Below are positions 39,088 to 47,743 of a stretch of DNA of 64,000 nt, piece after piece. Both the position numbers and the translations under genes were made by a program. Every line of letters begins with the position of its first letter. Within the stretch, counting starts at the first letter, position 1. Under the pieces are notes generated by a model. That model was not told the DNA's origin. It saw nothing but the letters and a program-made list of their open reading frames with translations, and made no database searches. Source of the stretch: a virus; IMG/VR virus record IMGVR_UViG_3300033064_003894, positions 75,838 to 139,837 of that record; one strand, written 5' to 3'.

Positions 39088-39345
39088 ATGAAAACTACAC
39101 AAGAACGAATTGAAGAGTTCCTTAGCGGTCTTCCAGCCGATAGACTTGAAAGGTTTGCAGAAGCACTCACTAAAGTAGAAGAAAACATAAAGTACGCGGA
39201 GCTTTCTGAAATAACAGGTCAAACTGTTGATCAGATAAAGTCAGCTGAGCTTATTAATGATCTTGTAATGGAAGGGTTCTATTCAGGGCTTGACGATATT
39301 ATGGATTCAGGCGGACTGTCTTCATTGATTAAGGAGAACAAATAA
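39088..39345 (+). CDS. Hypothetical virion protein
   Basis: KYAE/KSAE motifs. Confidence 0.5.
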   Translation: MKTTQERIEEFLSGLPADRLERFAEALTKVEENIKYAELSEITGQTVDQIKSAELINDLVMEGFYSGLDDIMDSGGLSSLIKENK

Positions 39346-39902
39346 TGAATAACGGGATTAAACAGTACATACTTGACATTGACTCAGAAGCTATATTGTC
39401 TGCAAGGACTCAAGATGATAATTTTCTCAAGTTGGCTAGCTCTAAAAATGACAGTCTTGAGAAGGTAGCCTCTGAACTTGCAGAGGAGATATACCAAGAA
39501 ATGAAGTCAGATGAAGACTTTAGGGATCATGTAATCTGTATATACAAGGAAGCTAAGATTTCTATGCCATCCATTAAGGCTGGATTTTCCAAGCACGGGC
39601 CTATGGCGCTTGCCGGCATTGCAGCGGCAGGGTCTGGATACGCAATAGGAAAGTCTAGATCAACAGATAAATCTGTTACTGGTCTAGCCAAAATGCTTGC
39701 AGCTGAGACCACGTCTGATATACAAACAGAACAAATTATGGGAAGGGAAATGATGAGGAATCGTAGCGCAATCCTGTCCTTGGCTAGAGCTCTTGATGGG
39801 CAAGTGGGCATAAAAAAGAAGGCTTCATGCACACTATCAAGCGCCGCATCTGTAGCTATGGCTGCGGCAAAGAATAAGAAAGTCATAAAAGCAGTGAAAT
39901 AA
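39345..39902 (+). CDS. Hypothetical virion protein
   Basis: KLAS/KVAS/KEA motifs; Gly/Ala hydrophobic helix. Confidence 0.5.
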   Translation: MNNGIKQYILDIDSEAILSARTQDDNFLKLASSKNDSLEKVASELAEEIYQEMKSDEDFRDHVICIYKEAKISMPSIKAGFSKHGPMALAGIAAAGSGYAIGKSRSTDKSVTGLAKMLAAETTSDIQTEQIMGREMMRNRSAILSLARALDGQVGIKKKASCTLSSAASVAMAAAKNKKVIKAVK

Positions 39903-39905
39903 TGG

Positions 39906-40805
39906 ATGATTAATGTCAAAGTATCATGGCTGACTCCAAAGTCGGTCAGCATAATATGGGAAGAAATTCCATCAGAAACGGCTGCTAGTTATAGCGGCCA
40001 CTTTTATGTTGCACAGAGGTCTAATGCAAAGAACGGCGAATTCTATAACTTAGGCTCTCCTGTTCTTCCAAGCTCCACGTTAAGCCTTATAGACGCAGAC
40101 CTTCCTACAGAAAATAGGAACGATGTGTTTTTTTATCGCATACAAAGAAGGGCTGCAAATGGCGACATATTAAAGACGTCCAGCGTAGAGAATCCTAGAA
40201 GGGAGCGTCCATATATTGCTTTAGAAATAATAAGAAGAACGAACCTTCTCCTTAGACGATTATCTGGTATACGTGCATTTCTTTTTACAAAGTCTTCTTC
40301 TGGAGAGAGATGTAGTTCATGCTGGGATCCAATAAAGGAAAGGAAGACCAAATCTCATTGTCCTATATGCCTAGGCGAAGATTATGTTGGTGGTTATTCT
40401 CAGGCAACTCCTATTCTTATTCTTCAGAACTCATCCTCTATATCTAAAGTGGTTGACATAACGGGATCAATGGAGAACATTGCTTCAAACTTTGTAACGT
40501 CTAACTATCCTCCAATAAAGCCAGGAGATTTAATAGTTCTTGACAGCTTTAGATTTTATCGAGTAGACAATGTATCTGCAATAAACTTTAGAGACGTAAC
40601 CGTAGTTCAGGCTCTAGGCATGTCGTCTTTAGAGAAAGGAAGAGAGATAAGTAATTTAACAATACCAAGCTTTTCTGAGTTTGACGAAATGGATCTAATC
40701 CATAGGCAGTATGGAGGACTGTCAGGAGACACTCTTGACAAGACGATTGACAACAAGCTTGTTCATGGAGAGTTTTATATAGATAAAGAGGGGTACGCTA
40801 AGTGA
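39906..40805 (+). CDS. Neck/head-closure protein with Zn finger
   Basis: RCSSCWD..CPICLG...GGY, P.IKPGDLIV. Confidence 0.55.
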   Translation: MINVKVSWLTPKSVSIIWEEIPSETAASYSGHFYVAQRSNAKNGEFYNLGSPVLPSSTLSLIDADLPTENRNDVFFYRIQRRAANGDILKTSSVENPRRERPYIALEIIRRTNLLLRRLSGIRAFLFTKSSSGERCSSCWDPIKERKTKSHCPICLGEDYVGGYSQATPILILQNSSSISKVVDITGSMENIASNFVTSNYPPIKPGDLIVLDSFRFYRVDNVSAINFRDVTVVQALGMSSLEKGREISNLTIPSFSEFDEMDLIHRQYGGLSGDTLDKTIDNKLVHGEFYIDKEGYAK

Positions 40806-41092
40806 AGAAGCTAAAGTCGGTAGATCAGCAAGAAAAGGTATACAAGTCATTTGATTTTGAATTCGTGTTTCGTGATAACTATAAAGAACTCCTTACTAAG
40901 GGCATAGAAGATAAATATGGCAAGAGAGCAAAGGTCGTGTGGTCTGGATTTTATCTTACAGTAGATTTGTCTGGTGGTAGCAAAAGTGACAGAAAGGAAA
41001 TAGCTGATATTATGAGCGCTGTAGTAATGGAGGCGTATTCTAAAACGTCTAAGTACATTAGATTTAGAGAATTAGGAGAGACTGATGCCTGA
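40802..41092 (+). CDS. Hypothetical neck-region protein
   Basis: Overlapping ORF in the structural operon. Confidence 0.45.
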   Translation: MKKLKSVDQQEKVYKSFDFEFVFRDNYKELLTKGIEDKYGKRAKVVWSGFYLTVDLSGGSKSDRKEIADIMSAVVMEAYSKTSKYIRFRELGETDA

Positions 41093-41672
41093 AATCCACG
41101 ATCCTGAACCTAAGGACCTGTATCCTTCATTCCCTATAAATGGGATGAAAGACATTATTTTGTCTTCCCTTAAGGGTTTTTACGCTAACCACAAAGAGTT
41201 CCCGTGGTCAAGCGATCAAAAAAAGTCAGCTATTGCAATATCAGACTCGTACCCGATAGATAGGGAAAACCATGACAGGTACCCTCTTATTGTAATAAAG
41301 AGAAACCCATTTCAGTTTAGGAATCGACATCTGAATCAATCCTTATATAATAATCTATCGGATAGGCAATCAAAAATGGACATTCTTTATGGTACTCTCG
41401 ACGTGCTTTGTACCTCAACGGTGGGATTAGAGGCGGATAGAATAGCAGAAGAAGTATTCCTATTTCTTTGTTTTTACAGAGATCAAATAAGCATGAAAGG
41501 AATTTTTGACATTAGAAGCCTTGTGCTTGGGGAAGAGTCCATACAGAGAGCAGGATCAGATACAGACACAGTTACTGTGCCAGTTAGGGCGGTTATTGAA
41601 GTCCCTTACTCATGGGAAGTCCTAGAGTTTGGGTCGACATTGGAAGACATACTTGTGCGTGTAAGAGAATAA
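41085..41672 (+). CDS. Tail completion/terminator protein
   Basis: YPLIVIKR...EADRIA; immediately before the sheath. Confidence 0.55.
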   Translation: MPEIHDPEPKDLYPSFPINGMKDIILSSLKGFYANHKEFPWSSDQKKSAIAISDSYPIDRENHDRYPLIVIKRNPFQFRNRHLNQSLYNNLSDRQSKMDILYGTLDVLCTSTVGLEADRIAEEVFLFLCFYRDQISMKGIFDIRSLVLGEESIQRAGSDTDTVTVPVRAVIEVPYSWEVLEFGSTLEDILVRVRE

Positions 41673-41675
41673 GTT

Positions 41676-43709
41676 ATGGCAAGCAGACTAAATCAACCTG
41701 GAGTAGAAGTTCAACAACTTACAGACGAGCGTCGTCCAACCGTGTTTCGTCCAGTAATGGTGCCATGTATTTTTGGCATCCACAACAACATTCAGAAGAA
41801 TCTGGATCTTGTATATCACGCTGATGGAGCTGCAAATTCGGGCGTTGTAATAGCTTCCGGATTGTCAACCGTAACGTCTCAGATAATTAGTTCTTCTTCT
41901 TTGTCAGTATACGCTGAGACAACACGTGGGCTTGCACCGCTGACTATTACAACTCACTACACGGCCAGTTTTGATATAGAACTTGGTGTGACAAACCTTA
42001 TCACAATAAAGGATCCTATTGATATAACTAAGCAGCTAGTCTCTACAAATTCTTCGACATCGATAAACTCTCTATCTAGTGCAGGGACCAACTATGTAAT
42101 CATAACGGACACAGGAGCAGACTTCTCTCAGGCAGGAATAAAGCCTGGAGATTTAATCACGATTGATTTCGCAACATCTGTTAGAAATTCTAGCGGAGCA
42201 TTTACTGGGCAAGATCTAACTGTTGTTGAGGTGTCAGACAGCCAGAACCTTAAATCTGTGTGGAGTAACAACAATTCATCATGGGTAAGCGAATACAGCG
42301 TTTCATACGCTGCATGGACTCCGACTATGACAGATGTTAGCGGTCAGATACTTGTAAGTTATACGGGTAGGGTGATTAATGATGTAAATAAAATTGTAGA
42401 GATAATTAGTAATGAGGATGCTAGGAATCAGTTTGGTGTTCTTGAGCCTGAGAATCCTCTTGGATATCATGTATTGTCAGCTCTCTCAGCAACAGACAAG
42501 TCATTATATGCAATGCGTGTAGCTACAGATGACACAGCAGGATATGACTCAGCTCTTGACTCTATGAGGAACGAAGAAGACATTTACTTCGTAGTCCCAA
42601 CTACGCAGTCTTCAACGGTGGCTTCATTATGTGAGGTGCACGTTGATTACATGAGTTTGCCTGAGAATAAGGCTGAGCGGGTGGCGTTCATTAACAGGAC
42701 TGTTCCTGACTACGATGTAAAATTCAACCTTGACACTCCAATAGATATTTTGGAAGTTGGCCCCGCATCCACAGGACTGTCAATGAGCGACGCGGGATGG
42801 ACATCAGGACTGCCATTCATAGTACCAGGAGACATTTGGAGGCCTAATGAGACAGTGATACTTTCAAATGGATCAGTAGTTAACAATTCAGATGTAAGAT
42901 TGACTGTTATAGCAAAATCAGGAACAGTTGTTACTGTGTCCGGAGCAATAGCTTATTATAATGGTTTAGCTGCTCCTGCAACAACCGCCGTCGAAGGATT
43001 TTTTACAACCACAAACTACACCAAAGACAATAGAGCGAAGTATCTTTCAGCGCTTGGTGAGGCGTATGACAATAAGAGAATAATTAATGTTGTACCAGAC
43101 AACTGCAAGATGTTCGTTTCTAGGATTAAGCAAAAGGCTCCTACTTGGGAGCTTTATGCTGAGAATGCAGAAGAAACAGTAAATGGAACAAATATATGCG
43201 CATCGTTAGCTGCGTATGCTTCTGCTGTTGCACCATCCAAGCCTCTAACTAACGAAATAGTCCCAGGCATCACAGATCTAATTGGGTCAAATGACATTAT
43301 GACAAATGACCACTTAGACACTATTGCAGGAGGAGGAAACTGGATTCTTATTAGAACCAGAGGCGGTGGTATTTCAACAACGAGGCATCAACTAACGACA
43401 GCCGTCTCTGATGTGAACACAAGAGAATTCTCTGTGGTTAAGTCAATAGACTTCGCTGCTAAGACGTTTAGGGCTTATCTGAGGCCTCTTGTAGGAAAGA
43501 GCACCATAACCGACAATTTTATTAAGAAGGTTCTCAGGCCTGTCACATTCGCTGCTATGCATGCATTAATTGAAGGTGGGACAGTGTCCGGCAAGTCATC
43601 AGTCCTTAGCATTGTTCAAAACACTGACGATCCTACTAAAATAACGATTGAAGTTAAGATAGTTCCGCTGTACCCAGCTAACTACTTCGTAGTGAAAATT
43701 TACGTATAA
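41676..43709 (+). CDS. Contractile tail sheath protein
   Basis: PGVEV N-terminus, RHQLTT..REFSVVK..DF, PLYPANYFVVKI C-terminus. Confidence 0.85.
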   Translation: MASRLNQPGVEVQQLTDERRPTVFRPVMVPCIFGIHNNIQKNLDLVYHADGAANSGVVIASGLSTVTSQIISSSSLSVYAETTRGLAPLTITTHYTASFDIELGVTNLITIKDPIDITKQLVSTNSSTSINSLSSAGTNYVIITDTGADFSQAGIKPGDLITIDFATSVRNSSGAFTGQDLTVVEVSDSQNLKSVWSNNNSSWVSEYSVSYAAWTPTMTDVSGQILVSYTGRVINDVNKIVEIISNEDARNQFGVLEPENPLGYHVLSALSATDKSLYAMRVATDDTAGYDSALDSMRNEEDIYFVVPTTQSSTVASLCEVHVDYMSLPENKAERVAFINRTVPDYDVKFNLDTPIDILEVGPASTGLSMSDAGWTSGLPFIVPGDIWRPNETVILSNGSVVNNSDVRLTVIAKSGTVVTVSGAIAYYNGLAAPATTAVEGFFTTTNYTKDNRAKYLSALGEAYDNKRIINVVPDNCKMFVSRIKQKAPTWELYAENAEETVNGTNICASLAAYASAVAPSKPLTNEIVPGITDLIGSNDIMTNDHLDTIAGGGNWILIRTRGGGISTTRHQLTTAVSDVNTREFSVVKSIDFAAKTFRAYLRPLVGKSTITDNFIKKVLRPVTFAAMHALIEGGTVSGKSSVLSIVQNTDDPTKITIEVKIVPLYPANYFVVKIYV

Positions 43710-43714
43710 AAAAA

Positions 43715-44485
43715 ATGGCAACCTCCTCAGCATTCGACTTCGAGAACAACCAGGTTCAGCGCGAGCTTCTTGGCAGCAACTTTTTAAAGGGAGAGACCAC
43801 TATAATTGCTGCTGGTCCTCCGTTTCTTAACTTTATGGGAATAACTAACAATATTAGTCCTGGATCTGGAGGAGAATCAAGAAGAACAGACGTCCCTTCC
43901 CCAGGTCGACCATACTTCGGAGCGGCCGATCTTGGCGGTGTACCAGTATTTCCAATAGGCGTTATTGAGAATGCCAACATTGTCCAACAGAGGCAGCTGA
44001 GAAGAATACCTGAAATTGGAAGCAAGAGGTTCCACTTCGTGTCTGGAAGAACTGCTGGTCAAATAACTATATCTAGAGTAATGTTTCACGGGCCTAACCT
44101 ATTACGTGTATTGTATGCCTATATAAATCCAGATAGGTTTACTAATGCAAGCGGCTCAATTGGTGAGCTTCTTGGAAATAACGCTGATAGCCTATATTCT
44201 TCAGGCCTAGACAACGCAAAGATTCTATCTAATCCTGGTTACGCTGACTTCTTCGTAAACCTAGACTCTACTTTATTCGACTATCCATTCGGACTTATGT
44301 TCTATTTTGAAGACAACAAGAGAGAACCGTACGGCGCGTTCTACTGCGAAGAGGCGCACATCGCGGCTCACCAGATGAATATTGGAGCGTCAACTACCGT
44401 TATAGCTGAGGCCGTTACAATTCAGTATGACCAGCTCGTGCCTATTGATCTTGGCAACAACAGCCTATTTGGAAGAAGTAGCTAA
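43715..44485 (+). CDS. Tail tube protein
   Basis: PIGVIEN..QQRQLRRIPEIGS, VIAEAVTIQY; follows the sheath. Confidence 0.75.
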   Translation: MATSSAFDFENNQVQRELLGSNFLKGETTIIAAGPPFLNFMGITNNISPGSGGESRRTDVPSPGRPYFGAADLGGVPVFPIGVIENANIVQQRQLRRIPEIGSKRFHFVSGRTAGQITISRVMFHGPNLLRVLYAYINPDRFTNASGSIGELLGNNADSLYSSGLDNAKILSNPGYADFFVNLDSTLFDYPFGLMFYFEDNKREPYGAFYCEEAHIAAHQMNIGASTTVIAEAVTIQYDQLVPIDLGNNSLFGRSS

Positions 44486-44489
44486 TTCT

Positions 44490-44918
44490 CTATTCAGAGA
44501 TAGACCATAGTCTAACTCTCTTAATTGTATGAAGCTTTTTCCTTGCTTCTATCATGGCTCCCTGGTTTACAGTAATGCTAAACCTTGTTTGAAGTCCAGA
44601 GTGTATGAAGTTAGCAACACGAGTTTTGTTTGGGTCATCATTGCATACAACCCTAAAGATTATATTCTTGATGGGGAAATCATTACAACAAAACGATTTA
44701 GACTCTGAACCGATTAGACCTCTTTCGTAAGCCTCAATATCAGAGATTGAATGAAATATACTAGATCTTACCCTGTTAGGTCTTTTTAAAAAAATTGATA
44801 TAGTAAGTATATCTCCGCTACATTCGCAGTAGCGGGACATTAAATCTGAAGTTTCAATCGACCCTACGAACAGGTCGTTTTGTTTTTCTTTTAGCAGTTC
44901 TTGGTTTGGAAACATCAA
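44490..44918 (-). CDS. Hypothetical Cys-containing protein, last gene of the Ubl operon
   Basis: Overlaps the E1 3' end on the same strand. Confidence 0.45.
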   Translation of the reverse strand: MMFPNQELLKEKQNDLFVGSIETSDLMSRYCECSGDILTISIFLKRPNRVRSSIFHSISDIEAYERGLIGSESKSFCCNDFPIKNIIFRVVCNDDPNKTRVANFIHSGLQTRFSITVNQGAMIEARKKLHTIKRVRLWSISE

Positions 44919-45627
44919 GAGATTCTACTATATTTGAGGACTCTGCTTCAACAACTTTTATGTGAATCATTTGCTCCATGTCATAAAACTGCTCGAACGG
45001 ATTCTTTTTGCCTAGAATCGCATTACGAACGCCTGATCCAATAATACCTGCTATAGTGAAAACAGTAAAGACAATTGCCTTTTCTGCACACGGAAGAGGA
45101 GTAACTGGACGATTAAGGCTTTCTATGTATTTAGATGCGAGAGTTGGTCTATCTTCTGAACTCATCATGAAGAAGGAAGCTCCAGTAGAGCCCATTCTGG
45201 CATCAATAAGATAAGATGATTTTGATCCAGACCGAGAGAGAAAGACTGATCGTCTTGAATCTATTGAATCTAGAGCAAACACTAGAATGTCAGTTTCTCT
45301 ATCCATGGACTGGTTTGCAAATTCAACTACCGGATTAATGATTAGTTCGTTTCCGCAGAAATATTTTAACTTTTCAGCAAGAGCTTCTGACTTTTGTTTA
45401 CCTATGTCACTTTCAGTAAAGAACTGACTACCAAGGTTAGCCCTTTCAACGGTGTCCATATCTATAAGAGTTAGGTTGCTAATTCCCATCTTTGCAAGAC
45501 AGAAGGCGGCATTGCTGCCTATTCCTCCGCATCCGACTACGGTTACGCTCCTGTCTTTGTAAAGCTCAGGATCAAATAATCCAAACTGTCTAGAGAATTT
45601 TTCTCTATTTACTTCTAGATCTTCCAT
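44854..45627 (-). CDS. ThiF/E1-like ubiquitin-activating enzyme
   Basis: FSRQ, VVGCGGIGS, IDMDTVERANLGSQ, K, ALDS..R, IDARMG, candidate catalytic Cys PLPCAEK. Confidence 0.9.
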   Translation of the reverse strand: MEDLEVNREKFSRQFGLFDPELYKDRSVTVVGCGGIGSNAAFCLAKMGISNLTLIDMDTVERANLGSQFFTESDIGKQKSEALAEKLKYFCGNELIINPVVEFANQSMDRETDILVFALDSIDSRRSVFLSRSGSKSSYLIDARMGSTGASFFMMSSEDRPTLASKYIESLNRPVTPLPCAEKAIVFTVFTIAGIIGSGVRNAILGKKNPFEQFYDMEQMIHIKVVEAESSNIVESLDVSKPRTAKRKTKRPVRRVD

Positions 45628-45628
45628 T

Positions 45629-47380
45629 TTAACTTATCGACTTTGCTAGTTTAACTGGTTCATGCCTAACTATGCTTATAAGAGAGCTATTCTTTAATCC
45701 TATAGTCTTTATATATTTCAGAAGAGTATCTTCTGTCGAGCATTCATCCTCTACATCAGACAAGGGTATACCATTTTTCATTAAAGGAAGTAAGGAATAG
45801 GAAAAAGCGGCGATGCCTGTCAAATCTAATGATGACGCAGTTCCTCTAATTATAGACTCTATCGACTTTATAGTCTGAAGCATTATTGGCTCACTAATTA
45901 CCTCTATTCGTTTAGATGCCGATGTTTTAGACATAAGTATCAAAACTTCTTCTGTGAACATTCCACATAGTGCGAATTTATATATTAATCTTTCTTCCTC
46001 AAGCGTAAAATTACCAATGCCTCTAATAGATTGGAAGGACACTTTTAATTTATCAAGCAGATGGTTGTCTGAGTCATACAAAGACCGAACTAAGTACTTA
46101 ACAGAAATACTATCTTCTTGCTGCTTCTCTGTATCTCCAACAGAGAGGTATGAAGGAACAAAGATCTTTTTTGTTGAGTACAGAGCTTCTGTGCCAAACG
46201 ATGCCGCAATGTCATACATCGAGAATGGAGCAGATACACGCGAAAAGGCATCCTTGTAGAACTCTTTTTCAACATTTGACTTTATGTTCTTAATATTACA
46301 TGCACGGCCAGAATCTTTTGCTAAGTGTATATTTTCAGATATACTCTTTAATAGGTCATTTCCAGCAGAAGTTGCTTGTATTGATGGGAGTGCGGACAAA
46401 GGAGAGTCCATAATGTACAGCATTTCTTTATCTGGATTTGCCTGAAACATTGCCACAATCATTGAGGCTAAGTATTTGCCAACTGTTCCACTTTCAACAA
46501 ACAGCATTCTCTCAAATGGAACATCTCCAGAGTAATAATTCCTAAGCGCCTCGACTAGTGCGTCTTTGCCGCTGCATTTCAGACCGTCTTTGTGTATAAC
46601 AAACGATACAAGTTGCTGTAATGTGAACGTTTCGTAATTGTTTCTTAATTCATATGCCCGTGTCCGAAGTGACGGTAAAATGTACGTATCTTGATCGAAA
46701 CCTTTCGCAACTTTAGGTTTTTCGAAATATCCTGGAAATAAATCTAAGTCCTCGTCTTGGGTTGGATTTACCCACGGAGTGGGAGGAGCGTAGCTCTTTT
46801 TTGTTACTTTCTCTTTTATCTCTTCTACCGTCTGATCGTCTAATTCGTCGATAATAGCGATAACAGGACACTCAATTGCGATCCTTATAGGACTAAATAG
46901 GTCTATTCTGCCAATTATCTCTTGCCTCTTGTTGAATACGCATGACAGAAAGAAACTTGAGTCTTCTCCAAGAGCTATAATTCCTTTTTCGTCTACGTCT
47001 GAGATGAACACTGGCATGTTTACGTGACTATGTCCCCAGTACCTTAGCCTAGGGTATATTGTCTTAGAGAACTCTTCAAATTTCCCTTCTTTTGTAAAAG
47101 ACTCAATAAAGTCTGCAAACATTTCTTTTGTTACATTTACACTAGCACCGTCCACAAGTTGTGGCGGGATATAGAGCTTATCAACGACAAAAGTTTTCTT
47201 ATCTTCTAATACATCTGCAGTTCCTAGCCAAGCTATTTCTGTGTCTACATGTTTAGTAATTGCCTGCTGCTTAATAAGCAAAGAGTTGCTCATTCTTATT
47301 GAGTAGCCCATTGAGGCCCCATCTTTTAAGCTTATGATAAACTTTTCATTTGACTTTATTTCAGTCTTCATTCTCGCCAC
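45629..47380 (-). CDS. JAB/MPN+ metallopeptidase with long C-terminal extension
   Basis: TEIAWLG (catalytic Glu), IPPQ, WGHSHVNMPVFISDVD (HxH-x7-S-x2-D). Confidence 0.85.
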   Translation of the reverse strand: MARMKTEIKSNEKFIISLKDGASMGYSIRMSNSLLIKQQAITKHVDTEIAWLGTADVLEDKKTFVVDKLYIPPQLVDGASVNVTKEMFADFIESFTKEGKFEEFSKTIYPRLRYWGHSHVNMPVFISDVDEKGIIALGEDSSFFLSCVFNKRQEIIGRIDLFSPIRIAIECPVIAIIDELDDQTVEEIKEKVTKKSYAPPTPWVNPTQDEDLDLFPGYFEKPKVAKGFDQDTYILPSLRTRAYELRNNYETFTLQQLVSFVIHKDGLKCSGKDALVEALRNYYSGDVPFERMLFVESGTVGKYLASMIVAMFQANPDKEMLYIMDSPLSALPSIQATSAGNDLLKSISENIHLAKDSGRACNIKNIKSNVEKEFYKDAFSRVSAPFSMYDIAASFGTEALYSTKKIFVPSYLSVGDTEKQQEDSISVKYLVRSLYDSDNHLLDKLKVSFQSIRGIGNFTLEEERLIYKFALCGMFTEEVLILMSKTSASKRIEVISEPIMLQTIKSIESIIRGTASSLDLTGIAAFSYSLLPLMKNGIPLSDVEDECSTEDTLLKYIKTIGLKNSSLISIVRHEPVKLAKSIS

Positions 47381-47437
47381 AAATCGATGACAAAAAAATT
47401 AATTATATTTGTTTTAAATTTTCTAGCCGATTAACGG

Positions 47438-47650
47438 CTACAGACCAGCGTCGAAGTTAGGGGCCAACATCACGTGGGACCCCGGCTGGAGCTGTACGCT
47501 CTTGTCTGCGCGAGTCCCGTTAAGGAGAACGCTGTAGTTTACCTTGGTGCTGCCAGAAGCGGAGATTGCATCCTGCACGGTCATGCCGGGCTGGAACGGA
47601 ACTCTCACTTGATCTTGGCCAGGCACCTGTACGATGATTTCATTTGCCAT
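47438..47650 (-). CDS. Ubiquitin-like (beta-grasp) protein ending DAG-L
   Basis: GMTVQDAI..VLLNG....LQPGSHVML...DAGL; AAGGA Shine-Dalgarno. Confidence 0.85.
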   Translation of the reverse strand: MANEIIVQVPGQDQVRVPFQPGMTVQDAISASGSTKVNYSVLLNGTRADKSVQLQPGSHVMLAPNFDAGL

Positions 47651-47743
47651 GTTGTATTTCCTTCTTGTAAGTTTGTTGGGATTACTGAAATATTAAATAG
47701 GACTAACATGTGATATTATTCCGTACAAAGTGAAAATTTTTAG

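Noticed and set aside
44854-47650. ThiF/ThiS thiamine or MoaD sulfur-carrier pathway
   Set aside because: No thiG/moaE/cysteine synthase nearby, and an E2-like gene is adjacent
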